A stretch of 64,000 nucleotides of DNA from Opitutales bacterium (GCA_965226885.1 CBDDEL010000011.1:288001-352000), one strand, 5' to 3'. Counted from the stretch's first letter, positions 1-9,818 are shown. The notes: generated by a model from the sequence alone, not told the origin. Numbers and translations: made by a program.

Positions 1-385
1 AAACCTCTTCTTCATCGAAAAGCTCGCGAAAAGTGATGCGCAAGGCCTGCAGGAATCCAGTATTTTTGGTTTTTTGAAAGTAGGGTTCGATAATCCGCCA
101 TTTGTCCCGGGAGGAGATCTCATTGCGGGAAAGGCCGAAGACCTTGTAAACCTCTTCCGCAGTCATTCCGGCGGAGAGCAAATCGTCGAGGGAGTATTGC
201 AAAAAAAGGTAGGGCCAGTCGTTGCGTTTGTAGCCCAAAAATAGAGGCATCCACCCGTCGTATGGCGGCACAGGGGAATCTTTGCCGCGCCACTCAAGCC
301 GCCGTGATTCTTCAATCAGGTGCTCGTGGGTGTCTATGAAAAGGGTCTCCTCGACCAACTCCCCGATGCTTTGAATAACGTGCAT
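1..385 (-). CDS. Amidohydrolase-family protein, partial (runs off window start)
   Basis: Not in ORF track. Manual translation from ATG at 385 gives MHVIQSIGELVEETLFIDTHEHLIEE...; the IDTHEH metal-binding motif is present and the frame is open to position 1. Confidence 0.7.
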   Translation of the reverse strand, partial: MHVIQSIGELVEETLFIDTHEHLIEESRRLEWRGKDSPVPPYDGWMPLFLGYKRNDWPYLFLQYSLDDLLSAGMTAEEVYKVFGLSRNEISSRDKWRIIEPYFQKTKNTGFLQALRITFRELFDEEEV

Positions 386-445
386 AGTCAAGCTTCAGTT
401 TTTTCCAGGTAAGAGCGGAACTTTCTTGGATTCAATATGGGCGGA

Positions 446-2827
446 TTAAAAGCGATAGGCAAGGACTCCTTCCAGGCGGAAGGGCAGTTCGCGCCCGACG
501 AAGACATTGCTGCCGAATTCGTCGCCGTTGTGGTTCCAGTTGCGTTCATCGGTCAGGTTGAGGAAATTGAGGGTAATCTCCCAGGAGGATTTTTTTAAGG
601 TTAGAGCGGCATTGAGGGAATATTGGGCAGGGATGGTGTATTGTCCCAGCAAATTGCCGTTTTGGGAAGACTGAACCCGGCTCCAGAGCCGAAAACCGAG
701 GCCGTTTTCCCAACGCCAGGAAGCGCCTCCGTTGAAGGTCCATTTGGAAAAGCCGGAAATGCGGTAGTCTCCCGGTATCACTTGCCCGTCGGGGCCGATC
801 AGGGCTGGCTCGGGCGGTGCGGCCAGCGGGGTGTCGATATCGTAGAGTCCGTTGAGATCGATTCCTCCCAGTACAAAGGGTGAGGCGTTTCGGTAGTTCC
901 CAAGATTATAGGACAGATTGGCCAATAGATGGAATTGCTCGCTGGGTTGAAAAACGGCCTCGAATTCCACTCCTCGAACCCGGATTCCACTCCGCCCGCC
1001 GCCCAATTCGGAGCGATTCCTATCCTGCCGGAAAGCCGTGGCCGAGAGGTAAAGGTGGTCCTCCAGCAAACCGAGACGGACCCCGAATTCGTAAAGATCG
1101 CTGCGGGTGCGAAAGTCCTCCCTGTCTATCCGTCCGCCGGAAAGCATGATGGCGCCTCCTCCGCTGCTCCCGCTGACGGCATGGGTGCGATTGAAGGTTC
1201 CGTAGAAAGATAGATTGTCGGAAGGCTGGTAGATCAGGCTGGCATTGAAGTCGGCACTGTAATAATCGTGGCGGTCGTTCCAGGCGGCGGTGGCGCCGGC
1301 GGGCGGCAGGGGGTCGGTCACATCGGCAAAGTAGGCATTGCCCCGCAAACCGTAGAGGAGGCTCAGCCGGTCGCTCAAATCCAGTTCCTGCTGCCAGAAA
1401 ATGGCCGGATTCCAAAGTTTGGAGTGAGTGGTTTCGGGGAGGCCCTCCTCGGCGCCGAGAAACAGCTTTCCGCCAGGTCCGGGCTGCCCGTAAAGGCCGT
1501 ACAAATCCTCTGCCCGAAAGGTGACGCCCTCGGTTATGTCGTAGGCATAGGGGTAGTAGTTGAAGTAGTTCATGTAGGCTTCCCGCTCCTCATAGCGCAA
1601 GGTAAACCCGGCAATGCCCTCCTGCTCGAAGCCCAAAAATCGAAAAGAACCGTGCGCCTCGGTGCGGTTTTCGAAGGTGAACTGGCGAACGTATTCGGTG
1701 TAGGAAAATTCGTGGTGGCGCCTGCGGTTTATGGTTTCGACAAATGTTCGGTTGACGAATTTCCAGGCGGGAGAAGCCTGCATGGTGGCAATCAACTGGG
1801 TGCGGAACAGATTGGCATTGCTGAAATCGCCCCTTGAAAGCAGGGTCTGTTCCGGCTGAAAATTGGTCACACCGGTTACGTGGGTGCGAATGCTGAAGAA
1901 ATCGGGAGCGATCTGCACAGTATCGGTGGGAGCGCCTTTAAGGTATTGATTGTCGTGAATGAGGCCATCGTAGGGCCGATTGACCCCCAGTAGTTGGGGG
2001 GCGGCCTGCCAGATATACTGAGCATTCCAATGCAAAGACATTTTCTCATTCGGCTTCCAGGAAAGGGCCAGGAAAAGGTCCTGATAGTCTTCCCGGCCAC
2101 CGTTTTTATGAAAGAAAGTTTCACTTTCCTTGCCGTCGTAACTGATCCGCAAAGCTAGTTTATCGGGAATTAGGGGCCGATTATGGTCGATGGAGATTGC
2201 GCCGTTAAAAAACGAGGTGTGACCCGGGGCCAGCGTTCCCAGCCTCAAAGCCACGGATGTAAAGGTTTCCTCAAATCGTGGTTTTTTGGTCACGTAATTG
2301 ATATAACCGCCGCTTTCAAAACCGGGACCGTAAACGACCGAGCCGGGCCCGCGCACGATTTCGAGGGATTCAACGCTATTGAAACTAGGATCGGTCCCGA
2401 AAACATTGGCGCTCAGGCGCTGGCCGTTGAGATAGGTTTCGGCCACGTCCCCCCGGATATTCGGTGTGGTGTTGTTTCCGTAACTGGAAGGGGAGTAGGC
2501 GCCGGGGCTTAATTCGATCATTTCCGCCACGCTGTCTATGCCGCGGTTTCTCAAAAGAGCTTCCGTAATTACGCTGACCCCGCGAGGCGTCTGCAACAGG
2601 CTGCGGTCGTTACCGAAGACCGAGTCCACGGTTTCGGCCAGCGGAATGATGGATTCCCGGGGAGATATTCCTTTGACCACAAATTCCTGCAGGGAGGCAA
2701 TATCCGCTACGTCCTCCCCGGTCTGGCCGAAAATCATTTCGCCAGGAGCCAAGAATATAATTATTGCCGGAAGTATTGGAAAAATCAGTTTTCCGGGCAG
2801 CGATGGTTGTTTTTTCATGTTCGTCAT
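446..2827 (-). CDS. TonB-dependent outer-membrane receptor, probably for thiamine or a precursor
   Basis: 793 aa with a signal peptide, plug motif (VESLEIVRGPGSVVYG...GGYINYVTKKP), NLTD motif and C-terminal YRF; directly downstream of a TPP riboswitch. Confidence 0.9.
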   Translation of the reverse strand: MTNMKKQPSLPGKLIFPILPAIIIFLAPGEMIFGQTGEDVADIASLQEFVVKGISPRESIIPLAETVDSVFGNDRSLLQTPRGVSVITEALLRNRGIDSVAEMIELSPGAYSPSSYGNNTTPNIRGDVAETYLNGQRLSANVFGTDPSFNSVESLEIVRGPGSVVYGPGFESGGYINYVTKKPRFEETFTSVALRLGTLAPGHTSFFNGAISIDHNRPLIPDKLALRISYDGKESETFFHKNGGREDYQDLFLALSWKPNEKMSLHWNAQYIWQAAPQLLGVNRPYDGLIHDNQYLKGAPTDTVQIAPDFFSIRTHVTGVTNFQPEQTLLSRGDFSNANLFRTQLIATMQASPAWKFVNRTFVETINRRRHHEFSYTEYVRQFTFENRTEAHGSFRFLGFEQEGIAGFTLRYEEREAYMNYFNYYPYAYDITEGVTFRAEDLYGLYGQPGPGGKLFLGAEEGLPETTHSKLWNPAIFWQQELDLSDRLSLLYGLRGNAYFADVTDPLPPAGATAAWNDRHDYYSADFNASLIYQPSDNLSFYGTFNRTHAVSGSSGGGAIMLSGGRIDREDFRTRSDLYEFGVRLGLLEDHLYLSATAFRQDRNRSELGGGRSGIRVRGVEFEAVFQPSEQFHLLANLSYNLGNYRNASPFVLGGIDLNGLYDIDTPLAAPPEPALIGPDGQVIPGDYRISGFSKWTFNGGASWRWENGLGFRLWSRVQSSQNGNLLGQYTIPAQYSLNAALTLKKSSWEITLNFLNLTDERNWNHNGDEFGSNVFVGRELPFRLEGVLAYRF

Positions 2828-2878
2828 TTTTTGTCGGGGCCACCGGCAAAAGGATCGGTCAAACGAACACGCTGAACA

Positions 2879-2966
2879 TTCCCTCCGCCGGCATGATCCG
2901 GATCAGGTTCAAAGGGTCAAGGGTTGTTCGCACCCAAATCTCAGCCCCACGCGAGGGACTCCCCGT
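2879..2966 (-). ncRNA. TPP (thi-box) riboswitch
   Basis: Minus strand reads GGGGAGTCCC...GGGGCTGAGA...GACCCTTTGAACCTGATCCGGATCATGCCGGCGGAGGGAA, matching the conserved CTGAGA and ACCTGAT..G.T.ATGCC.GCG.AGGGA core. Confidence 0.95.
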
Positions 2967-3004
2967 ATATCTTTATTTACTTAAAGAATGTATGGAATTT
3001 ATCC

Positions 3005-3046
3005 CCTATTGCAATAGGCAATGGTAATATTGGCAATGGTAATATT
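3005..3046. repeat. 14-bp palindrome plus 15-bp tandem repeat upstream of the riboswitch
   Basis: CCTATTGCAATAGG (3005-3018); GGCAATGGTAATATT x2 (3017-3031, 3032-3046). Confidence 0.8.
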
Positions 3047-3076
3047 CATTCGAGTAAACTTTCCATTCTATCGAAA

Positions 3077-3664
3077 TCAGGCAGATACAGCCATTTGCTC
3101 GGCTTTGATGGCAGCTTGCGCTCCATTTTGCGCCCGGACGATTCCCGACATGGCCTCAATATCCAGTTCCCGGTCCAGAAAATTACGGATTTTCAGGGAT
3201 TGCAGAAAGGGATCGGTTATAATGTTGGCATAATGGAGATTGAGAAATTCGATGCCCTCGTGCTCAGCCATCCAGTCCTTGACCCGTTGGCGGTGGGCGC
3301 CGAGCAAATAGGCTTTTTGGGTCAGGCGCAAATACATGGCGTGCGGATTTTCAAGCGAGAGGGCATGGCCGGCATCGACGATATCCTGCAAGTCGCGGTT
3401 GAGGTAAAGCACCCGGAAAGCTTTTTCGGGAGGCAGGTTGTAGAGATACATGGAATATAGCTTTACCACCTTGCCCTTGGCTTTGCGGACAAGCTTTGGA
3501 AACCGGGCCAGGTATTCGAGGCTGTTCCCATCCAGGAGCCTTTTAAAAAAATCGTCCTCCGGGTCTTCGGGCTGGTCTAAGAAAACGGACATGCCGCCGG
3601 CTTGGAGCATATCGACTACTAGAGATAAACCTGAGCAGGGCAAACCTGATACGATGTAAATCAT
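3077..3664 (-). CDS. Sulfotransferase-like P-loop protein with a degenerate PAPS motif
   Basis: Likely start MIYIVSGLPCSGLSLVVDMLQAGG resembles the family motif SGLPRSGTSLMMQML; also KVVKL, VLYLNRDL and Y..II.DP segments. Confidence 0.65.
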   Translation of the reverse strand: MIYIVSGLPCSGLSLVVDMLQAGGMSVFLDQPEDPEDDFFKRLLDGNSLEYLARFPKLVRKAKGKVVKLYSMYLYNLPPEKAFRVLYLNRDLQDIVDAGHALSLENPHAMYLRLTQKAYLLGAHRQRVKDWMAEHEGIEFLNLHYANIITDPFLQSLKIRNFLDRELDIEAMSGIVRAQNGAQAAIKAEQMAVSA

Positions 3665-4220
3665 GGATTCATTTTTGAAGTCCGATACCGATTTGATGTG
3701 GGAACGGAAATGGAGAGTTCTGCCACATAAATCGACCGTTGGCCGGTCGGACTTAGAAAAACTATTTGCGGGTAAATTTCCGCTTCCAAATTTTATCCAC
3801 GCCGCGACGGAACCGGCGGCCATCGGCATTCAAATAATGCGAAGGCAAAATTCCGGCCGGGTCGAGGTCTCGAACTTTTTTGAAACTTTCCTTAAACCGT
3901 TCCGGACAATTGCTGAAAATGAACGGGGGGAGGTAATGAAAACCGAAAAAGCTTAAGAAAAGGTCTCCGGCGAAAAGAAAGTCATGCTTTTGGCTGTAAT
4001 ATCCACAATGGCCCTTGGTGTGGCCGGGAAGATGAATCACCTGCAGCCCGCCCCAATAGGGAAGCGTTTGCCCTTCCTCAATAAATTCATGGATGGTTCC
4101 CGGTTGGTAACGGATGACGGCACGGCCCAGAGCCTCCAGCCATCCGCAGATGCGATTTGACGTGTACTGGATTTGTTGGACACGGGATTCTCTTATATTC
4201 ATTGTTTATTGATTAGTGTG

Positions 4221-5138
4221 TCAGGCGGCTTGTTTTGGTAAAGGGTTTTGTTTTCTCGTTGCCCCCCATGGGGGGCAAATATTTTCCTCGAATTGGACTG
4301 GGCTTTGGTAACTCAGAGAGGAATGTTTGCGATATCGGTTGTAGAAGATTTCCACGTATTCGAAGACAGTTGATCGCAGTTCGCGCTCGTCGGCAAAGTG
4401 GCGGCCTCGAATCGTGCTGGTCTTGAAGCGGCCGTAGAACGATTCCATGGCCGCGTTGTCGTAGCAGTTGCCTTGGGCGCTCATGCTCGGCTTCATGCCT
4501 AGTTCAGAGACCAGCCTCTGATAGTCGTCGCTGGCGTAGGGGCTGCCCCGATCGCTGTGATGAATAATCCCGGTGCGCAGTGTGCCGCGGGTCATGGCCG
4601 CGGCTTTGAGGGCCTTGCCAACCAGCTTCGCGTCGTTGTGGTTGGAAACGCTCCAGCCCAGCAGGCGTCGGCTGAACAGGTCCATCACCGTGGCCAAGTA
4701 CATCCAACCGGCCAGGGTCCGTAGGTAGGTCGTGTCCGCCACCCAGACCTCGTCGATATGGGTCGGCTGGCCATGCTTTTTAAGCACATTGGGGCTGTAA
4801 CCATAGGGATGGTTACTGTTGGTTTTTAATGGCTTAAAGCGTTTACTCTGGGTGCTTTTGATTCCCATTTCACGCATCAGACGCAGAGCCCGGTCACGGC
4901 CGCAATCGATGCCCTCATCATCCTTCAGATGGCGGTGCATTGGCCGATGCCCATAGCGGCCCTTGGCCTCTTTGTGTACCTTCAGGATCGCCCCCTTGAT
5001 TCCCTCGTCCTCGATCCGCCGGGCCGAGGGCGCTCGGTGCCTCCAGCAGTAATAGCCACTGCGACAAATCCCCATCGCCGAGCATATTTCCTCGATCTTG
5101 AAGCGCCCCTCGTTGTCTTTGACAAACTGGTACTTCAT
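4221..5138 (-). CDS. IS3 transposase OrfB (DDE integrase core)
   Basis: WVADTTY, HHSDRGSPY, CYDNAAMESF motifs; ATGA overlap with orfA. Confidence 0.95.
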   Translation of the reverse strand: MKYQFVKDNEGRFKIEEICSAMGICRSGYYCWRHRAPSARRIEDEGIKGAILKVHKEAKGRYGHRPMHRHLKDDEGIDCGRDRALRLMREMGIKSTQSKRFKPLKTNSNHPYGYSPNVLKKHGQPTHIDEVWVADTTYLRTLAGWMYLATVMDLFSRRLLGWSVSNHNDAKLVGKALKAAAMTRGTLRTGIIHHSDRGSPYASDDYQRLVSELGMKPSMSAQGNCYDNAAMESFYGRFKTSTIRGRHFADERELRSTVFEYVEIFYNRYRKHSSLSYQSPVQFEENICPPWGATRKQNPLPKQAA

Positions 5139-5446
5139 TGTTCGTCCTTGGCAAAGTAGCCCACCGTTTTTTTTAGTATCTGGTTGATCCGCTCCGAGCG
5201 GCGCAGCTCTTTGCGAAGACGATCTATCTCGGCCGCCATCTCCTTCGGACTGCTCTGTCGCTTTGAGGTGGCTTCGCCCTGCTGATCGTCCAGATAGAGC
5301 CTCTTCCACCTATACAATTGGTTGGTGTTGACCCCAAGTTTGGTCGATACCTCGGTGGCGCTCAGACCATCGAGTATCATCAGTTGAACTGCCTCATTTT
5401 TGAACTCTATACTAAAGCGTCTTCTTCCCATGCTTCGATTCTCCAT
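5135..5446 (-). CDS. IS3 transposase OrfA (HTH)
   Basis: RRRFSIEFKNEAV...LYRWK...ILKK; A8 slippery run at 5167-5174 (minus strand) suited to -1 frameshifting. Confidence 0.93.
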   Translation of the reverse strand: MENRSMGRRRFSIEFKNEAVQLMILDGLSATEVSTKLGVNTNQLYRWKRLYLDDQQGEATSKRQSSPKEMAAEIDRLRKELRRSERINQILKKTVGYFAKDEQ

Positions 5447-5873
5447 TTAGGAGAATCTCGTGTCCACTTTTTCCAGTGCACATCAATTGGCGCCACGGTA
5501 GGGAAATTTACCTTCGAGGTGAATCTGTTCCTCGGGGTGGCCGTAAAAGGTGGCGCCCGTAATCTTGACTAGGGCGGCCAGGTTGCCGCCGTGATCGAGG
5601 TGTCCGTGGGTCAGCAGAATGGCCTTGATGGAAGTCCAATCCAGACCCAGCTTACGCAATTGGTTTTTGATCAGGCGCAATTCGCCCAGCATTCCGGTAT
5701 CGATGAGCACGCACTCCCGGCCGTCCGCCAACAAATGTACATGCCCCACAAAACCGGCCAGCGGATAAAGATTGGGGGGAAGGGTTTTTTCTCTCATTAT
5801 TCTTTTCAAAGCTATCATTAAATGAAAGATTGGCAAGTTGCGGAACCTGTTGATCTAATGGAAATTAGATTCA

Positions 5874-6353
5874 ATGATAATTAGGAGATTCTTACCCTTG
5901 CTTTTGCTGGCTGCCTCAACCTTTACCGGTTGCGCTACCACCGATCCTGCCAAAGCACGGGTCAAGCTTTCCATAACTTCCGCCGACTGGATCATCGAAG
6001 AGGAGATGCTGGAATATACGCCGTTGGGGACCTTGGGCGGAGAGGTGCTCGATTTTGTCAACAACCGCCTTATTCATTCGCAAAGGGAAAATCCCGACCT
6101 GGACGACATTTACGTCTATATCGACAATCAGGATGAGAGCCTTTACCCGGATGAATTGAAATACCAGGTCATCCAGGTTCACATGGGATTGCATGGGGCG
6201 GGTGGGGCCAATTTTTTGATGAACAGCAATTGGGTCTATATCTCCTGGCTCCTCGAAAATGACCAGCTTATCGACATCGTGGTGACAAAAGTCATTCCCG
6301 GTTCGCCCTCATCTGAGGAGGAGGAGGCGACCCTGGAATCCCGTATTGAGTAA
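5874..6353 (+). CDS. Hypothetical lipoprotein
   Basis: Lipobox-like LLLAASTFTG-C; stop overlaps the holA start. Confidence 0.65.
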   Translation: MIIRRFLPLLLLAASTFTGCATTDPAKARVKLSITSADWIIEEEMLEYTPLGTLGGEVLDFVNNRLIHSQRENPDLDDIYVYIDNQDESLYPDELKYQVIQVHMGLHGAGGANFLMNSNWVYISWLLENDQLIDIVVTKVIPGSPSSEEEEATLESRIE

Positions 6354-7450
6354 TGTCCAAAGAGTTTGTTTTCATATCCGGTGCGGATGATTTTCTGGTC
6401 TCGCGCATGGCCAAGGGGTTATTCGAGGAAAAGACGCGGGACTTGACCGACGATTTTTGCAAGGAAATCATCAATGGGGCATCCGGTAAAGTATCGGATG
6501 TGGAATTAGCCATGAAACGGTTTCGTCAGGCCGTGCAGACCCTGCCGCTTTTTGGCGAAAAAAAGGTAGTCTGGCTGAAGGAAGTTAATTTTCTGGCCGA
6601 TTCGGTTACCGGACGGGCGGAGGGGACGCTTTCCCAGGTCGATGCGCTCAAGGATATTCTGGAAAATACCGATTCACAGTCAGTCGATATCATTGTCAGT
6701 GCTTCTCCGGTTGATCGCCGCCGCTCGTTTTCCAAATGGTGTGAGAAGAATACCGATTTTCGCCTGGCCGGGAGTGGAAAAAAAAATGAAGATGCCCTGC
6801 CTGCCCTGATCGAAGAGGAATGTCGGCAGCTCGGCGTTTCCATAACCGAGGACGCGGGTGAAATGCTGAAAGCCAAGGTAGGCGGCAATACCCGGTTGGC
6901 TATTGAAGAAATTCGCAAATTGGCCACTTATCTGGGAAGCGAAAATGAGACCATCGAGGAATCCCTGGTGGGAGAATTGGTGCCGGAGTTCGGGGAGAGT
7001 AATTTTTTCGAGGCCGCGGAAGCCTTTTACTCGCTCGACCTGCAATGGACCCTGGAGGCGATCCGCCGTCATTTTTTCAACCAGAAAGATGGGCGGGGTC
7101 TCATCAGTACGCTGCAGGGGCGCAACCGGCTGCTGATCCAGTTGAGGGTCTTGCACGATGCCGGTGAAATCCACCTGGGGGGGAGGGGTTTGAGCAGCCG
7201 GGACCTGCAAAAAGCGGCGGAAACCTATGCCCGGCATTTCGGCGGCATCAAGGATAAAAGCAACTTCAACGTGTTTACCCAGAATCCCTGGTATCTCGGC
7301 CGTCTGGCCCGCACCATCGGGAAGCTCCCCTTGCGGAAATTAATTGATTTTCAAACCAAGTTCCTGGAAACATTCGAGGAGATCGTGCGCCGGCCCAATG
7401 AGCAGGAAGCTGTATTGCGGGACCTTGCCGTGCGCTGTTTAAAAATATAA
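6353..7450 (+). CDS. holA: DNA polymerase III delta subunit
   Basis: G.DDFL N-terminus, TLPLFGEKKVVWL, EEIRKLATY, NFFE; 365 aa. Confidence 0.88.
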   Translation: MSKEFVFISGADDFLVSRMAKGLFEEKTRDLTDDFCKEIINGASGKVSDVELAMKRFRQAVQTLPLFGEKKVVWLKEVNFLADSVTGRAEGTLSQVDALKDILENTDSQSVDIIVSASPVDRRRSFSKWCEKNTDFRLAGSGKKNEDALPALIEEECRQLGVSITEDAGEMLKAKVGGNTRLAIEEIRKLATYLGSENETIEESLVGELVPEFGESNFFEAAEAFYSLDLQWTLEAIRRHFFNQKDGRGLISTLQGRNRLLIQLRVLHDAGEIHLGGRGLSSRDLQKAAETYARHFGGIKDKSNFNVFTQNPWYLGRLARTIGKLPLRKLIDFQTKFLETFEEIVRRPNEQEAVLRDLAVRCLKI

Positions 7451-7452
7451 TT

Positions 7453-8994
7453 ATGAAAAAAGAGTCCTGGCTGTTTATCAGCTGCATCGTCGCTTTAACG
7501 ACTACGTCGTTTGGATTTATCGTTAGAGCTTTTTTAATCACTGAATGGGGGGTGCGGTTTAATTTGTCGGAATCGCAACTGGGTTCGTTACAAGGGGCCG
7601 GTTTATTTCCCTTTGCGCTCAGCATTATTTTTTTCAGCCTGGTCATCGACCGTTTGGGATATGGGCGCACGATGGCGATAGCCTGGGTGGGGCATGTAAC
7701 ATCGGCCGTCATTACCGTAACGGCCACTAATTACATCGGACTTTATGTCGGCACTTTGCTTTTCGCTTTGGCCAACGGCGCTGTGGAGGCGACCATTAAT
7801 CCGGCCACGGCGACTCTATTTCCGAAGAACAAAACACACTACCTCAATATCCTCCATGCCGGATGGCCGGGCGGGCTGGTTCTCGGCGGCATCCTGGCCA
7901 TCAGTATGAGCGGGATCGAAGCGGATTGGGCCTGGCGGCTGAAAATCGGCCTTTTTCTGCTCCCGGCGATCATCTACGGCATCATGCTGCTAACGGTTAA
8001 ATTCCCGACCCAGGAGCGGGTGGCGGCGGGGGTTTCCTACCGGGAAATGCTGAGGGAATTCGGATGGGCCGGTTGCCTCATTTGCTGTTTTTTCATCGCC
8101 TATGCCTTTGATGAAATCCTGGGTGTCTTCGGAATGAGTCTGTCCGGCAGCGTGAAGTTGATCATCGCTGTTGTCCCAACGATATTCTTCGCCGTTTTTT
8201 ACCGCAGTTTCGGGCGTCCGATCTTTATTTTCCTGCTCTGCGTCATGGTGCTTTTGGCCACCACGGAATTGGGCACCGACAGCTGGATCGCGGCGCTCTT
8301 AACCCCGGTGTTGGAAAAATTCGGCAGCAACGCTGGAAACTGGGTTTTGGTTTACACTTCGTTAATCATGTTCATCTTGAGATTTTTTGCGGGACCGATC
8401 ATCCGCTATATTTCACCTCTGGGTTTGCTGGCGGCCTGTTCAGCCATCGCCGCTATAGGGCTCTTCTGGCTCTCGGCTTCGAGCGGGGCGTTGATGATCT
8501 TTTTGGCGGCCACGGTTTACGGAGTGGGCAAGTCCTTTTTCTGGCCGACCACTTTGGGGGTGGTTTCGGAACAGTTCCCCAAAGGCGGCGCTTTGACCCT
8601 CAACGCCATTGCCGGGGTCGGCATGATTTCAGTTGGAGTTTTGGGCAGTCCCTTTCTGGGCACGCTTCAGGACAATGAACTTGAATTGCGTTTATACCAG
8701 GCCGATACCGCTCTTCATGCCAAGGTAACGGGGCCTGCCCAGAAAAAATTCGGCATGACCTACCGGGTCATCGACAAAAGGATGGTCGAAGAATCGTCGG
8801 AGGAAGAAAAGTCCGTCATCAAGGAGGTGCGCAAGGCGAACAACCAGGGAACCTTGGCCAAAGTCTCTATTTTGCCCGTCATCATGTGCGTTTGTTTTAT
8901 AGCCATGATTCTTCATTTTCGCTCCAAAGGCGGTTATAGGCCTGTTTCTATTGAGGAGCAAAATGCGAGCGGCAATGGCAGCGAGGATGGTTAG
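7453..8994 (+). CDS. MFS transporter, probably a sugar permease
   Basis: About 12 hydrophobic segments; IDRLGY, GAVEATINP, LHAGWPGG and FFWPTTLG motifs. Confidence 0.85.
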   Translation: MKKESWLFISCIVALTTTSFGFIVRAFLITEWGVRFNLSESQLGSLQGAGLFPFALSIIFFSLVIDRLGYGRTMAIAWVGHVTSAVITVTATNYIGLYVGTLLFALANGAVEATINPATATLFPKNKTHYLNILHAGWPGGLVLGGILAISMSGIEADWAWRLKIGLFLLPAIIYGIMLLTVKFPTQERVAAGVSYREMLREFGWAGCLICCFFIAYAFDEILGVFGMSLSGSVKLIIAVVPTIFFAVFYRSFGRPIFIFLLCVMVLLATTELGTDSWIAALLTPVLEKFGSNAGNWVLVYTSLIMFILRFFAGPIIRYISPLGLLAACSAIAAIGLFWLSASSGALMIFLAATVYGVGKSFFWPTTLGVVSEQFPKGGALTLNAIAGVGMISVGVLGSPFLGTLQDNELELRLYQADTALHAKVTGPAQKKFGMTYRVIDKRMVEESSEEEKSVIKEVRKANNQGTLAKVSILPVIMCVCFIAMILHFRSKGGYRPVSIEEQNASGNGSEDG

Positions 8995-9818
8995 GGCATT
9001 GGCAGCCCGGTGATGGCGGTGACGCCGCCATCCGGTAATTGCAAAGCCCATCCAATCCCTTTGTGGTTTTCACAAAATGATTCCATGGCGGGCGGTTCCA
9101 GAATCATGAAAGCCGTGGACAGGGCGTCGGAAAGGGCCGCTGTGGGGGCTAGCGCCCAGGCTTGTTTTTGTGTCCCAACGGGATTCCCCGTGCGCGGGTC
9201 CACGATGTGTTCGCCCTTGACGGCCAAGCCGGAACCGCTGAACGAATTTTGACGGAGGTTTACTTGCCGCACGTTTTTGCCGCTTCCGAATTGAATGGAC
9301 CAGGCCTGTTCCCGAACGGGCGCATTCATAGCCAATGCGGTGCTCCCACCAGCCAGAAGCAGTGAGCGTTTAACCTCCCACTGCTCGAGAATTCCAGCCA
9401 TACAGTCGAGGGCGTAACCTTTGCCGATGCCCCCCAAGTCTATGCTCAGCCCCGGCCGATTGAGGGTCACCGATAATGTTTCCTCCGCCAAGTCGATATC
9501 TTTGAAGCCACCATCCGACGCCGTGACATCGAAAGCCCCGTTTGTTTCCCCGCTGACCCATAAAGCGATACTGAGGCAGGCAAAGGCATCGAAACTGACG
9601 GCTACCGGGATTCCCGTGGAAGCGCGGTTGATCTGCGAAATATCGCTGCTTTGATGGAACCGGCTGAGTTTGGTTTCCAAACGGTCAAGTTCCCGAAAGG
9701 CTTCCCCGGCGGCCTGGCCCGCGTAACCGGAATCGTCCACATCGATCAGGATTTCAAAGGCGGTGGCCATGGCTTCGTGGGCATACCGTTGATAAGCAGC
9801 CTTATTTTGCGAAGTCAT
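8991..9818 (-). CDS. apbE: FAD:protein FMN transferase (ApbE family)
   Basis: AMATAF, SDISQIN, GAFDVT, DLGGIGKGYALD, HIVDPRTG and DALSTAF motifs; start placed at MTSQNK. Confidence 0.92.
   Translation of the reverse strand: MTSQNKAAYQRYAHEAMATAFEILIDVDDSGYAGQAAGEAFRELDRLETKLSRFHQSSDISQINRASTGIPVAVSFDAFACLSIALWVSGETNGAFDVTASDGGFKDIDLAEETLSVTLNRPGLSIDLGGIGKGYALDCMAGILEQWEVKRSLLLAGGSTALAMNAPVREQAWSIQFGSGKNVRQVNLRQNSFSGSGLAVKGEHIVDPRTGNPVGTQKQAWALAPTAALSDALSTAFMILEPPAMESFCENHKGIGWALQLPDGGVTAITGLPMP

Larger units (their letters stand above)
4158..5485 (-). mobile_element. IS3-family element type A, copy 1 (1328 bp)
   Basis: Imperfect IRs TGACGTGTACTGGATTTGTTGGACAC / TGATGTGCACTGGAAAAAGTGGACAC; 3-bp target duplication ATT (4155-4157, 5486-5488). 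Confidence 0.95.
3762..5797 (-). pseudogene. MBL-fold metallo-hydrolase interrupted by an IS3 element
   Basis: The 5' half has LIDTG and THGHLDH; the 3' half has LPGHTKGH, AGD and PSH. Removing 4158-5485 plus one ATT restores the frame (...YRGAN-RICGW...). Confidence 0.9.

Noticed and set aside
3762..4202. 146-aa ORF starting MNIRESRVQQ
   Set aside because: The first 15 codons come from the IS3 end; the rest is the 3' half of the broken MBL hydrolase.
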